Of a stretch of DNA of 64,000 nucleotides, positions 25,230 to 34,498 are shown one piece after another. The notes below the pieces were generated by a model. It saw only the letters and a list, made by a program, of their open reading frames with translations. It was not told the DNA's origin and searched no databases. Position 1 is the first letter of the stretch. Each line of letters begins with the position of its first letter. The DNA comes from Candidatus Kaiserbacteria bacterium (lineage in GTDB: Bacteria; Patescibacteriota; Minisyncoccia; Phycocordibacterales; UBA2100). Location: positions 13,973 through 77,972 of the forward strand of contig JAQBRI010000005.1 in the NCBI GenBank assembly GCA_028286585.1. The letters run 5' to 3'. The translations under genes and the position numbers were made by a program.

Positions 25230-26714
25230 CTATTCCTTTGGTCGCAACAGAGGGAAAAGCTGTGTTTCGTGCGCTGATTTGTTTTCGAGGAATGAGAAAA
25301 CGCGCTCTGACATTCCAAATCCAAACGCCGGCGGCATGCCGTATTCCATTGCACGCACATAACTCTCGTCGAGTCGTTGCGCCTCATCATCACCTGCTTC
25401 ACGCATAGCCTGTTGTTCTTCAAATCGCGAGCGCTGATCTTGTGGATCATTCAATTCACTATATCCCTTGCCCAGTTCGGATCCGGCAATCAAAACCTGC
25501 ATGCGTTCAACAATTCTCTTATCACTCGCCGATCTCTTTGCAAGCGGCTCCAAGTACACAGGAACACCGGTCAAAAATGCAGGTCCGGTAATCGTCTTCC
25601 GAATAGCTTTCCACAAATGATCAACCGCTCGTGCTTTGTTTAGTTTTTCTCCCACCTTAATGTGTGCACTTGAAACAGCGGCGATTGCCTCGGCTTCTGT
25701 ACAGCTTAGTGGATCAATACCGTATTTTTCTTTGATGATGCTACAAAAATCAATCGTCTCCCAATCAGCAGCAAAGTTCACTTCATGTCCATTGATATTA
25801 AACTCGTAACGCCCATACACATCATGAGCAATACGACGGAAAAGTTCTTGCACCAACTGCATACCCTTTCGATAATCGGAGAAGGCCTCGTAAAATTCAA
25901 TTTGTGTGTAGTCCTGCAAATGTTCGCGCGACTGCCCTTCGTTGCGAAAGATACGTCCAATTTCAAATACTTTTGGAAAACCAGCAACGAGCAATACCTT
26001 TTGCCACAGTTCACCAGCAGATATACGAAGGTGCACATCTATATCAAGTGCATTGTGATGCGTTATAAACGGCCGCGCATCGGCGCCCCCCGGAGAGGAT
26101 TCGAGAATAGGAGTTTCGACTTCCAAAAACCCACGTTCAATAAGAAAGTTTCGAATGGTATGCCAAAACCGCGACCGTCGTTCAACCATCGCACGCAATT
26201 CTGGATTGAGAAGCATGTCTATGTATCTCTCGCGCAGTCGCAGTTCTTCGTCTTTGATTCCAGTCCATTCATCCGGAATTTGAAGCAGTGACTTTGATAG
26301 CATCTGCCAACTTTGTACCTGGACAGACTTTTCTCCGCGCTTGGTTGTAAACAAGGTACCCGTAATAGATATAAAATCCCCTGTATCGACGGTATCACTA
26401 AACAAATCAAATTCTGCTTCTGACATTTCGGTTTTTTGCAGCACTCCCTGCATGCGTGCACTACCATCAAAAATATCGGTAAACATTATGCCTCCCTGTC
26501 CGCGGCGTGCCATCACGCGACCGGCTATGGTAATGTGCTCATTTTGAGCAACTCGCTCATCAAAGGTATTCAATATATCTGGAATTGAAGCCGTATAGTC
26601 TGTTACAGCAGGATATGGATCGCGACCAGCGTCACGCAAAAGCTGTAATTTGCGCAGCCGTTCTTCGCGTATCGTTATTTCACTCATGGGAGGAATAATA
26701 CCATACCGCTGCAA
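25230..26714 (-). CDS. lysS: lysine--tRNA ligase (class II)
   Basis: An N-terminal OB anticodon-binding domain is present. Class II motifs are present (FLEVETPIL, GGADARPF; motif 3 GFGMSERVF). The likely start is MSEITIRE at nt 26684. Confidence 0.9.
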   Translation of the reverse strand: MQRYGIIPPMSEITIREERLRKLQLLRDAGRDPYPAVTDYTASIPDILNTFDERVAQNEHITIAGRVMARRGQGGIMFTDIFDGSARMQGVLQKTEMSEAEFDLFSDTVDTGDFISITGTLFTTKRGEKSVQVQSWQMLSKSLLQIPDEWTGIKDEELRLRERYIDMLLNPELRAMVERRSRFWHTIRNFLIERGFLEVETPILESSPGGADARPFITHHNALDIDVHLRISAGELWQKVLLVAGFPKVFEIGRIFRNEGQSREHLQDYTQIEFYEAFSDYRKGMQLVQELFRRIAHDVYGRYEFNINGHEVNFAADWETIDFCSIIKEKYGIDPLSCTEAEAIAAVSSAHIKVGEKLNKARAVDHLWKAIRKTITGPAFLTGVPVYLEPLAKRSASDKRIVERMQVLIAGSELGKGYSELNDPQDQRSRFEEQQAMREAGDDEAQRLDESYVRAMEYGMPPAFGFGMSERVFSFLENKSAHETQLFPLLRPKE

Positions 26715-26771
26715 ACGGTGCTGCAGTCGTGACCTCCAGATGCGAGAATTAATCCAATGTACTTATACAAC

Positions 26772-26805
26772 ACACAACCCCTCGCAAGTTTGCGAGGGGT
26801 TGTGT
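26772..26805 (-). terminator. rho-independent terminator (16-bp perfect stem) downstream of tRNA-Met
   Basis: The hairpin is acacaacccctcgcaa-gt-ttgcgaggggttgtgt. It is followed on the minus strand by a T-rich tract (gtgttgtat). Confidence 0.55.
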
Positions 26806-26833
26806 GTTGTGATCCCTGAACCATCATTTGAGG

Positions 26834-26910
26834 TGGTGCCGAGGGGCGGGATCGAACCGCCGACCTTAGCGTTATGAGTGCTACGCTCTAACCATCTGAG
26901 CTACCCCGGC
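26834..26910 (-). tRNA. tRNA-Met (anticodon CAT; elongator type with G1-C72 paired; could alternatively be tRNA-Ile2/lysidine)
   Basis: The reverse complement is GCCGGGGTAGCTCAGATGGTTAGAGCGTAGCACTCATAACGCTAAGGTCGGCGGTTCGATCCCGCCCCTCGGCACCA. The cloverleaf has anticodon loop CTCATAA and the 3' CCA is encoded. Confidence 0.8.
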
Positions 26911-26995
26911 GTGTTTTGTATCATACCCCACTTTCTCATTTTTTCCAGTGTATTTTGGTGCGCGTTATATCAATATGATACTATAATTGAATATA

Positions 26996-27180
26996 TGGAT
27001 GAAAAAATCATAGAGAAAATCAGCTTTGTGGTTAATGTCCTCTTGACCCTTTCCGCTATTTTTCTTGTGTATTCATTTGGAATGCTGCTCGTCGCATTTG
27101 CCTGGAAACTTTTTTTTACCGCGCTGCTTATCACCGCTATTTTGACGATTATTTTCTTCCTCCTTGGTTTTGTGGCGTAA
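26996..27180 (+). CDS. putative small membrane protein (61 aa, two TM helices)
   Basis: An ATG at 26996 is followed by a hydrophobic product (MDEKIIEKISFVVNVLLTLSAIFLVYSFGMLLVAFAWKLFFTALLITAILTIIFFLLGFVA). The ORF ends 15 nt before a strong bidirectional terminator. Expression is unverified. Confidence 0.35.
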
Positions 27181-27195
27181 ACAATACTACAAACA

Positions 27196-27225
27196 AAAAG
27201 CGCCTCTATGTAGAGGCGCTTTTTG
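27196..27225. terminator. bidirectional rho-independent terminator
   Basis: The sequence is aaaaag-cgcctcta-tg-tagaggcg-ctttttg, i.e. an 8-bp GC-rich stem with an A-run on one side and a T-run on the other. It serves the small + strand ORF and the minus-strand initiator tRNA. Confidence 0.6.
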
Positions 27226-27234
27226 CTATACGTG

Positions 27235-27306
27235 TTGCGGGGGTAGGAATTGCACCTACGACCTTCAGGTTATGAGCCTGACGAGCTACTCCTGCTCTAC
27301 CCCGCG
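27235..27306 (-). tRNA. initiator tRNA-fMet (anticodon CAT)
   Basis: The reverse complement is CGCGGGGTAGAGCAGGAGTAGCTCGTCAGGCTCATAACCTGAAGGTCGTAGGTGCAATTCCTACCCCCGCAA. It has the C1·A72 mismatch, is near-identical in layout to E. coli tRNA-fMet, and has anticodon loop CTCATAA. CCA is not encoded. Confidence 0.8.
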
Positions 27307-27403
27307 ATATCTGTCACTTGCAGCTATATTAACACGAATCAAAGTTTTTTTCAAATTCAATTATTTTGAAGTACTACAACGAAATGTATCAATTTTGTGG
27401 GTT

Positions 27404-28108
27404 TTATTTAATAATTCCAAATTCTTTAAATACTGCTGCATACTGCGCAATAGTTTGTTGTGTTTCGCGCTGCGTAAGCACCATTCGCGATCCTTCATGT
27501 GCAACAATGTTACGAGTGCGATGTGCCTCCCACGCCAAATCAATCGAATTAAACTGTGATCGGTTTACAATTTTCATCTTGTCTCCCATCGTCTCACCCT
27601 TGTAACCTAATGTATCCAAGAGATCGCCAAGCATAATATCTGCTTCAAGAATTGCCACACGCCAACCGGATGTTTCTTCTCCGTTTGCTTGTTGAACGAT
27701 TGTGTCCCACCTAAGCTGGGATGGAGTTATATCAATATGGTGTTCATGAGCGTGCGCCGCATGATGATATCGATCATGTTCTGCATGATGAATATGTCGC
27801 ATACGCATAATTGAGTACACAACTATCGCAAAGAGAATTATAGAAATGAATATCGAGAACGCCACGTATATTCCCCAAATAACAAGAAAATGTTCATAGG
27901 CGGCAGAAGGTGCAATGCTCGACAAATAATCTGCCGCTTGTGATATCGAGACAGGTTCAGTGATTGGCTGCAGCGAGTACGTCGGATCGGTCACAATGCT
28001 TTCGCTACCATTGAGCGAAATTACAGTTGCCGGTACCCATTTAAATGTAAAAATACTTGCAGCGTAGAGTACGTTTACTATTCCTTCCGCAAGTGTCACT
28101 GGATGCAT
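27404..28108 (-). CDS. hypothetical membrane protein with His-rich segment
   Basis: The product has an N-terminal domain, then a TM helix (FLVIWGIYVAFSIFISIILFAIVVYSIM), then RMRHIHHAEHDRYHHAAHAHEHHID (13 His in 25 residues), then a C-terminal soluble domain. Confidence 0.45.
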   Translation of the reverse strand: MHPVTLAEGIVNVLYAASIFTFKWVPATVISLNGSESIVTDPTYSLQPITEPVSISQAADYLSSIAPSAAYEHFLVIWGIYVAFSIFISIILFAIVVYSIMRMRHIHHAEHDRYHHAAHAHEHHIDITPSQLRWDTIVQQANGEETSGWRVAILEADIMLGDLLDTLGYKGETMGDKMKIVNRSQFNSIDLAWEAHRTRNIVAHEGSRMVLTQRETQQTIAQYAAVFKEFGIIK

Positions 28109-28166
28109 AGATACTAGTATACAACCATTTATATTGAAATATTTGCAATCAAAACTAATTTTATGC

Positions 28167-29612
28167 TTACTTACTTTTTTCTAGTGTACTACCAATATCA
28201 AAAAGGATGTTCTCATTTCGATGAGCGGCGATAAGTTGAAAACCTATTGGGAGTTGTTTGCCATCACGCTCGACGGTGTCAGTTGGAATTGAGATTGCCG
28301 GAACTCCAGCAAGATTCACCGGTACAGTAAAAATATCTTCGAGATACATAGCAACGGGATCAGTGGTATGACTTCCCAATGTAAACGCTGGAGTTGGAGT
28401 TGTCGGGAGCGCGATTGCATCAACATCCTTAAACGCATCAACAAAATCCTTTCGAATAAGTTCGCGCAGTGCACGTGCCTTGCGATAATGTGCATCAGAA
28501 TAACCAGCCGAAAGCACAAACGTACCCGTTAAAATGCGTCGTCGTGTTTCTGGGCCAAATCCTTGTGCACGAGACTGTTCGTATATTTCGCCGATACTTG
28601 GCGCATCCACGCGAGTGCCGTATCGTACTCCATCGTAGCGCGCGAGATTCGTCGACACTTCGGCTGGATTGATAATATAATACACAGCCAGTGAATACTG
28701 AAGGTTGGGCAATTCGACATCGACTATTTCATATCCAGCACTAACCAAGTCTTGTATTGTCTTTTCAAATGATGCAAGAACATCGGTATCAATTCCCTTT
28801 TCAAGAAATGATCGTGGAACGCCAATCCGCTTGGTTGTTGCAAATGTATTTGAAACATCGGGCAGCGAAGTACTGTCATGTGAGTCGTATCCTTTGATCG
28901 CGTCGTACACAATGCGAGCATCCGCAATAGATTTTGTTATCGGGCCGATTTGATCCAGTGATGACGCCGCCGCCATTAGTCCATATCGAGATACATTTCC
29001 ATAGGTTGGCTTGAGTCCTACCACTCCACAAAAAGCCGCCGGCTGTCGGATTGAACCTCCTGTGTCGGAGCCCAATGCGGCAAGCGCAAGATTCCCCGCA
29101 ACTGCAGCAGCCGAGCCACCAGAAGTTCCACCCGGTACACGACTCTCATCGTGCGGGTTGTGTGTTGGTCCATATGCCGAATTTTCTGTCGATCCACCAA
29201 GCGCAAATTCATCCATGTTGGTGCGTCCAAGAAAAACAACGCCTTGTTCTTTTAGTTTTGCGATAACAGTAGCATCATAAACCGCAGTGTAATGTTCCAA
29301 AATTTTTGAAGCACTACTTGCAACACATCCATCGATAAGAATATTGTCTTTCACTGCAATCGGGATACCGGTGAGCGGATGTATATCGCCTGATGCAATC
29401 ATCGCATCTGCTCGGAGCGCGTCGGCCTTTGCGCCCTCAGTCCATACTTCAAGATATGCATGCAATGACTGATCGCGTTTTTCAATTTCGGCGAGATAGG
29501 CGTCTGTTAAATCAACAGCAGAATATTCACGTGCATCAAGTGCGCGGCGCGCTTCGACAATCGTAAGAGTTTCTAAGTCAATATTTTTCATATTAACGTG
29601 TGCGCGAGACAA
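28167..29612 (-). CDS. gatA: Asp-tRNA(Asn)/Glu-tRNA(Gln) amidotransferase subunit A
   Basis: The amidase signature is [45 protein letters not shown]. The 481-aa product overlaps gatC by 20 nt. Confidence 0.9.
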   Translation of the reverse strand: [481 protein letters not shown]

Positions 29613-29886
29613 CTTGTTTTACAACAATTCGATTATTTGCAGCAGATAGGGCTTCTGCAATAAGTTTTTCCGTATATAATCCCGTCTCTATAACATTTGT
29701 ATCATCTCGCATAACATTACGATGCGCTGTATCTGCCGGGGCATCGCCCACATTCGCGCTCTGAATGATATCTACAAAAGCGAGTATCTGCGGTATTTCG
29801 TTTGCGAGTTTTGCTTTCTCGATACCAGTAATGGCAAGGCGCGCAAGTGTAGCCAATGTGTCGATATCAACAACGGGTTCGGTCAT
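29593..29886 (-). CDS. gatC: Asp-tRNA(Asn)/Glu-tRNA(Gln) amidotransferase subunit C
   Basis: The 97-aa product begins with IDTLATLARLAITGIEKAKLANEIPQILAFVDIIQ. It lies directly upstream of, and overlapping, gatA. Confidence 0.8.
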   Translation of the reverse strand: MTEPVVDIDTLATLARLAITGIEKAKLANEIPQILAFVDIIQSANVGDAPADTAHRNVMRDDTNVIETGLYTEKLIAEALSAANNRIVVKQVVSRTR

Positions 29887-29968
29887 GGCACCATTGTACG
29901 GTAGTCAGCAAAAATATACAAAGTAAGAAGCGGTTGCCTGGGCAACCGCTTCAATGATCAAGTTTGAT

Positions 29969-30238
29969 CTATTTTTCTTCTTCATTTTCGCCAAGCATTC
30001 GGCGCTGAAGTTTCGGCCACGCTTGTTCGGCCGCACTCTTGAGCACCTTGCCCATACGATCGAAAGCTGGGGCAACATCTTCCGGATGGTCCCGAAAATG
30101 CGTTTGCTGTTCTTTGTCCGACAGCTTTCTCCAACTTGCTACTGCATTCTGTTTCCGTCGAAACACTTTGTTTCGACGTTTTTCTGCAATTTTGTTTTGT
30201 ATCGCAAGTAAAGCCTCGTCCATAGATCGCTCCAACAT
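29969..30238 (-). CDS. small basic hypothetical protein (89 aa)
   Basis: The ORF lies between gatC and the sortase gene on the same strand. The product is Lys/Arg-rich with no recognisable domain. Confidence 0.3.
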   Translation of the reverse strand: MLERSMDEALLAIQNKIAEKRRNKVFRRKQNAVASWRKLSDKEQQTHFRDHPEDVAPAFDRMGKVLKSAAEQAWPKLQRRMLGENEEEK

Positions 30239-30280
30239 CTCTTTTCCTTTCCAAGAAATCCAAAGAGCTGCGCACGCTAC

Positions 30281-31162
30281 TTACATCACTCCTACAAAAT
30301 CTGCCGAGAGGACAAACCTCGCGGATTTACCCGTGAGTGTATCACAGGTAACGAGAGTGAGCTTTTTTCCGTGCGCGGTCGAAAGGTCGATGGTAGTGCC
30401 ATCGGTCGTACTCGCCTTTTCGACGCCCGTTACGCGGTAGAGATATTTTTTGCCGTTACTTCCCACGAGCGTAATAGAATCCCCTGCCTTGAGATCAGGA
30501 ATTTTGTTGAACGCTCGAAACATTTGATTGTGTACGATTGGAAGATGTGAACTGTGGGCAAAGAGAACCACATTACCATCCTCACCCAACTGTGCGGATG
30601 CACTATATCGAGCAGGGCCTGTCTGCAATAGCGCGTCAAGTGCATCGACATCACGTGTTGCAGGATTTTGTACCGGAAGATCGATCCCTACTGAATCAAT
30701 TATGATTCGAACTGGATTTGATCCTTGCACAGCGGCACCAACTTGTGCCGATGCAGGCTGAGCTGTTTGTGAGTTAACAGTTTGTGCGTTTGGAGTTTGT
30801 GATGACTGCCCGCTGGTTACAATGAGGCTTCCAACACCTGAGGTGGGAGCAGCGTCTGGAGAAACCGGTATAACAAGTGACTGATTACCAGCTGCATTGG
30901 TATTTGTATCCAAAGAATTTGTAGTATCGCCAAGCTGGGGCAAGTTTGAAAGTGCAACGTCGCGACCAGAATCAGAAGTTGTCATATCGGCAGTAATTGG
31001 AGTAGTACCATCAATATAATCAGGCACAAAACCAACCGAATCGGCTACAGAAAGCGTACAGAAAAAGACTACAATAGCTGTAGCTGCAAACACCAAAAAT
31101 GGGGGTTTTTGGGCAATTTCTGAGGATTGCGTAGGAAGATTATGTGGCGCGTGGCTGTTCAT
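30281..31162 (-). CDS. sortase family transpeptidase (class E/F-like), N-terminally membrane anchored
   Basis: The product has an N-terminal TM helix and a Ser/Thr/Gln-rich linker. The catalytic domain has the conserved His (VVLFAHSSH), the TLVTC active-site Cys, and a downstream Arg (KSARFVL). Confidence 0.8.
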   Translation of the reverse strand: MNSHAPHNLPTQSSEIAQKPPFLVFAATAIVVFFCTLSVADSVGFVPDYIDGTTPITADMTTSDSGRDVALSNLPQLGDTTNSLDTNTNAAGNQSLVIPVSPDAAPTSGVGSLIVTSGQSSQTPNAQTVNSQTAQPASAQVGAAVQGSNPVRIIIDSVGIDLPVQNPATRDVDALDALLQTGPARYSASAQLGEDGNVVLFAHSSHLPIVHNQMFRAFNKIPDLKAGDSITLVGSNGKKYLYRVTGVEKASTTDGTTIDLSTAHGKKLTLVTCDTLTGKSARFVLSADFVGVM

Positions 31163-31258
31163 ATAGGTTTCCTTATAAAGAACATACTACACCATATATG
31201 ACACTTTGTCAACCCTACCTACTTGACAATTACCTAGGATATGAGATAATAGCGCTAT

Positions 31259-32245
31259 ATGAATACACCAGTCATTGTGCACGACGAAGTACACGTAAAA
31301 AAGGAGCCGACGCTTCTTTCTAACGTTTTAGCAATTATCGGCTTTTTGATTATCCTCTTTATTATTGTTTGGGGCCTTTTGCATATCATTGCACTCATTC
31401 GAGGCACTGCTGATCCAATTTCCTTTGGAAACTGGAATCCTACAACCTCTTCTGGCCTTCAAATACAAGCGCCAACGGATGCTACTGCAGGAGCGGTCAT
31501 CACTATTGCTTGGACTTACAAGCCAACTGTATCTGGAACTTACACGTTTACGTATGCTTGTGCGGACGGCGCCGGCTTTCAAGCAGTAATCCCCCAGCAA
31601 TCAAACGTAGCACTTCCTTGTGCAACTGGAATCATCGCATCAACAACGAGTAACTCTGTTGCCGTAATGCCAACTCTTACCGGTTCCAATATTACTTCTG
31701 TCCCTATCACAATATCATTCACTCCTGTCGGCGGCGGTGCTGCTGTAACTGGAACTGCCACAATTGCGATTCATCCAGGCAATACAGTAACTCCTGTTGC
31801 GACATCAACTCCATCGGAAAATCCTACTCAAACACCAGCGACAACTACTCAGCCAACACAGCCACGATCTCCAGCAGATATTTCTGTAACCATCGTAGGC
31901 GTTGGTATTATTGATCCAGGAACTGGAGCATTCATTCCTGTAACCCCGGGCTCACTTGATGATACTGTGGCAGTAAAGTTTGATATCAAAAACATTGGCG
32001 GCACTCCAACAGGTGCGTACACCTTTGAAGCAGATCTTCCTACCATCAATGGATATCATTATGTTTCTCCTATACAAAAATCACTCGGTGCAGGAGATCA
32101 TGTGTTGAACACGCTTCGATTTACCCAGGTTGCCTCGGGTGGCGGAACATTCACCGTTGTTGCCGACCCAAACCAAACAGTTAACGAAGCAACGTTTTCA
32201 AACAACACAGCAAGTGTTGGTGTGAACGCTGGAAACTACCAATAA
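31259..32245 (+). CDS. membrane-anchored protein with C-terminal CARDB-like (cell-adhesion) domain
   Basis: The product has an N-terminal TM helix and a Thr/Pro-rich linker. The C-terminal 110 aa match the CARDB pattern (ADISVTIVGV...DIKNIGGTPTGAYTFEADL...VVADPNQTVNEATFSNN). The gene is divergent from the sortase gene. Confidence 0.55.
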   Translation: MNTPVIVHDEVHVKKEPTLLSNVLAIIGFLIILFIIVWGLLHIIALIRGTADPISFGNWNPTTSSGLQIQAPTDATAGAVITIAWTYKPTVSGTYTFTYACADGAGFQAVIPQQSNVALPCATGIIASTTSNSVAVMPTLTGSNITSVPITISFTPVGGGAAVTGTATIAIHPGNTVTPVATSTPSENPTQTPATTTQPTQPRSPADISVTIVGVGIIDPGTGAFIPVTPGSLDDTVAVKFDIKNIGGTPTGAYTFEADLPTINGYHYVSPIQKSLGAGDHVLNTLRFTQVASGGGTFTVVADPNQTVNEATFSNNTASVGVNAGNYQ

Positions 32246-32319
32246 ATTACAATCACGTAATTATAAAACACCCTCACAATTGTGAGGGTGTTTTATTTTA
32301 AAAATCGACTAACTAACGA

Positions 32320-34374
32320 CTAAATGTCGATAGTTGCTTCGCGGGCATGGCTCGTGATAAATGATTTACGAGCTGGGACGTCGGTACCCATAAGCATGTC
32401 AAAGACATGGTCAGCATCAACAGCATCTTCGACAGTTACCTGCTTAAGGATGCGTCGTGCAGGATCCATCGTAGTTTCCCACAATTCTTCTGCGTTCATT
32501 TCTCCAAGACCCTTGTACCGCTGTACCGAAATCTTTGCAACTCGTTTGGTCACCGCGTTCGGTGTTACTTCTTCATTTTCGTCTGTTGGATCTTCTTCGG
32601 TTTGTCCTTCTTCTTCGATCGGTAAATCAGCACCTACCAATGCAATGCGCTCAGCGTCTGAGAAAGCATAGTTAACCTGTTTGCCCTGCTTAATCTTAAA
32701 GAGTGGTGGTTGTGCAATGTACAAATACCCGCCGTCGATGATCGCACGGAAATGTCTGTAATAGAGTGTGAGCAACAGTGTACGAATGTGTGCTCCGTCA
32801 ACATCGGCATCGGTTGCAATGATGAGTTTGTGATATCGAAGTTTTTCAATATTAAACATGTCTCCAATACCCGAACCCATAGCAACCACAAGGTTGGTGA
32901 TCTGTTCAGATCCAAGCATCTTGTCCAATCGTGCACGCTCGATGTTCAAAATTTTACCGCGCAATGGCAATATCGCCTGCGTGCGGCGGTCACGTCCGGT
33001 TTTTGCTGTTCCACCAGCTGAGTCTCCCTCCACAATAAAGAGTTCTGATTCTGCGGCACTTTTTGTTTGGCAGTCGGCAAGCTTGCCCGGCAATGTCATA
33101 CCATCAAGTGCACCTTTTCGCATGATAGAATCCTTGGCTGCCTTTGCTGCCTTACGTGCCTTCATCGCAAGCGTCGCCTTTCCTAAGATTGCACGAGCGT
33201 CATCAGGATGCTCTTCGAGGAACATACTGAACGCTTCTCCAAATACATTTTCTGTTGCGCCACGCGCTTCGACACTTCCAAGCTTGCCTTTGGTTTGTCC
33301 TTCAAACTGTACTTCACGCATTTTGACCGACACAACCGCAGTCAAGCCTTCGAGTACATCGTCTCCTGTAAAACTGTCACCTTCTTTGCCTTGTCCGCTT
33401 TTTGCAGCATTGTTAAGCGTACGCGTGAGGGCGGTTTTAAATCCAGTTATATGCATGCCGCCTTCAGCGGTATAAATATTGTTTGCAAACGCAGAAATGC
33501 GCGACGTAATATCATCGACGTATTGCAGTGCAATTTCGACTTGTACGCCGTCAACTTCCTTTTCTACATAAAAAACGTTTCTGTGCACACTGTCCAAATG
33601 GCGGTTCTGAAATCCAACGAGTGACTTAAGTCCCCCTTCAAAGTAAAACGTAACCGATGGCACATCTGCACCAAGTTCTCGGAGATAATATACTTCTTCA
33701 TCGCGAACTTTATCAAACTCACGAAAATCCATAATAGCGATTCGCAATCCCTTTACCAAGTATGCCTGCTGTCGCAAGTGCGCAACAATGCGCTCAAAAC
33801 TAAACTCAATTGTTGGAAAGATTGTTGGATCAGCCTCAAAAGTTGTAATTGTTCCGTGCAGTTTTGATTTACCAACTTGTTTGATTTTGCTGACTGGTTT
33901 ACCACCATCTTTGTATTCTTGTACGTACTGCCCGCCATCGCGATGCACTTCGGCGCGAACAGTTGTCGAAAGTGCGTTTACAACGGAAGCTCCCACGCCA
34001 TGCAAACCGCCGGAGACCTTGTAGCCTTCGCCGCCAAACTTACCTCCCGCGTGCAAAATAGTCATAACAGTCTCAAGGGTCGAGACTTTTGTCTTTGGGT
34101 GAACATCAACAGGAATACCGCGGCCATTGTCTGCCACTCGAATACGATTACCTGGAAGCAGTGCTACTTCGATATCATCACAATAGCCACCCATCGCTTC
34201 GTCACGTGAGTTATCAAAAATTTCCCATACCAAATGGTGCAAACCATCGACACCAGTGGTGCCGATGTACATACCTGGTCGGCGTCGTACGGCTTCAAGA
34301 CCCTCGAGAACTGTAATGTCCGAAGCTTCGTATGCGCCCTCTTTTCGCGTCTTTTTTTCTTCTTTTACAGCCAT
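32320..34374 (-). CDS. gyrB: DNA gyrase subunit B (or topoisomerase IV ParE; no adjacent gyrA)
   Basis: The GHKL ATPase N-terminus is LEGLEAVRRRPGMYIGTTGVDGLHHLVWEIFDNSRDE. Toprim motifs are present (EGDSAGG, PLRGKILN). The product is 684 aa. Confidence 0.9.
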   Translation of the reverse strand: MAVKEEKKTRKEGAYEASDITVLEGLEAVRRRPGMYIGTTGVDGLHHLVWEIFDNSRDEAMGGYCDDIEVALLPGNRIRVADNGRGIPVDVHPKTKVSTLETVMTILHAGGKFGGEGYKVSGGLHGVGASVVNALSTTVRAEVHRDGGQYVQEYKDGGKPVSKIKQVGKSKLHGTITTFEADPTIFPTIEFSFERIVAHLRQQAYLVKGLRIAIMDFREFDKVRDEEVYYLRELGADVPSVTFYFEGGLKSLVGFQNRHLDSVHRNVFYVEKEVDGVQVEIALQYVDDITSRISAFANNIYTAEGGMHITGFKTALTRTLNNAAKSGQGKEGDSFTGDDVLEGLTAVVSVKMREVQFEGQTKGKLGSVEARGATENVFGEAFSMFLEEHPDDARAILGKATLAMKARKAAKAAKDSIMRKGALDGMTLPGKLADCQTKSAAESELFIVEGDSAGGTAKTGRDRRTQAILPLRGKILNIERARLDKMLGSEQITNLVVAMGSGIGDMFNIEKLRYHKLIIATDADVDGAHIRTLLLTLYYRHFRAIIDGGYLYIAQPPLFKIKQGKQVNYAFSDAERIALVGADLPIEEEGQTEEDPTDENEEVTPNAVTKRVAKISVQRYKGLGEMNAEELWETTMDPARRILKQVTVEDAVDADHVFDMLMGTDVPARKSFITSHAREATIDI

Positions 34375-34498
34375 ACTAAGTGGATCAATTATACCCTAAA
34401 AAGACCGTAAACAACAGTGAATATGTTAGACAATATTGGCCGTGCGTGGTATGAATATTGCGGACTGCAGGCGTGGTGCCGCAGAAGGAGTATGAGTC

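Noticed and set aside
26650-27180. ORF-track entries 26650..26877 (+) and the full 26878..27180 (+) ORF
   Set aside because: They overlap the minus-strand tRNA-Met gene and its terminator. Only the internal ATG at 26996 gives a plausible small hydrophobic ORF.
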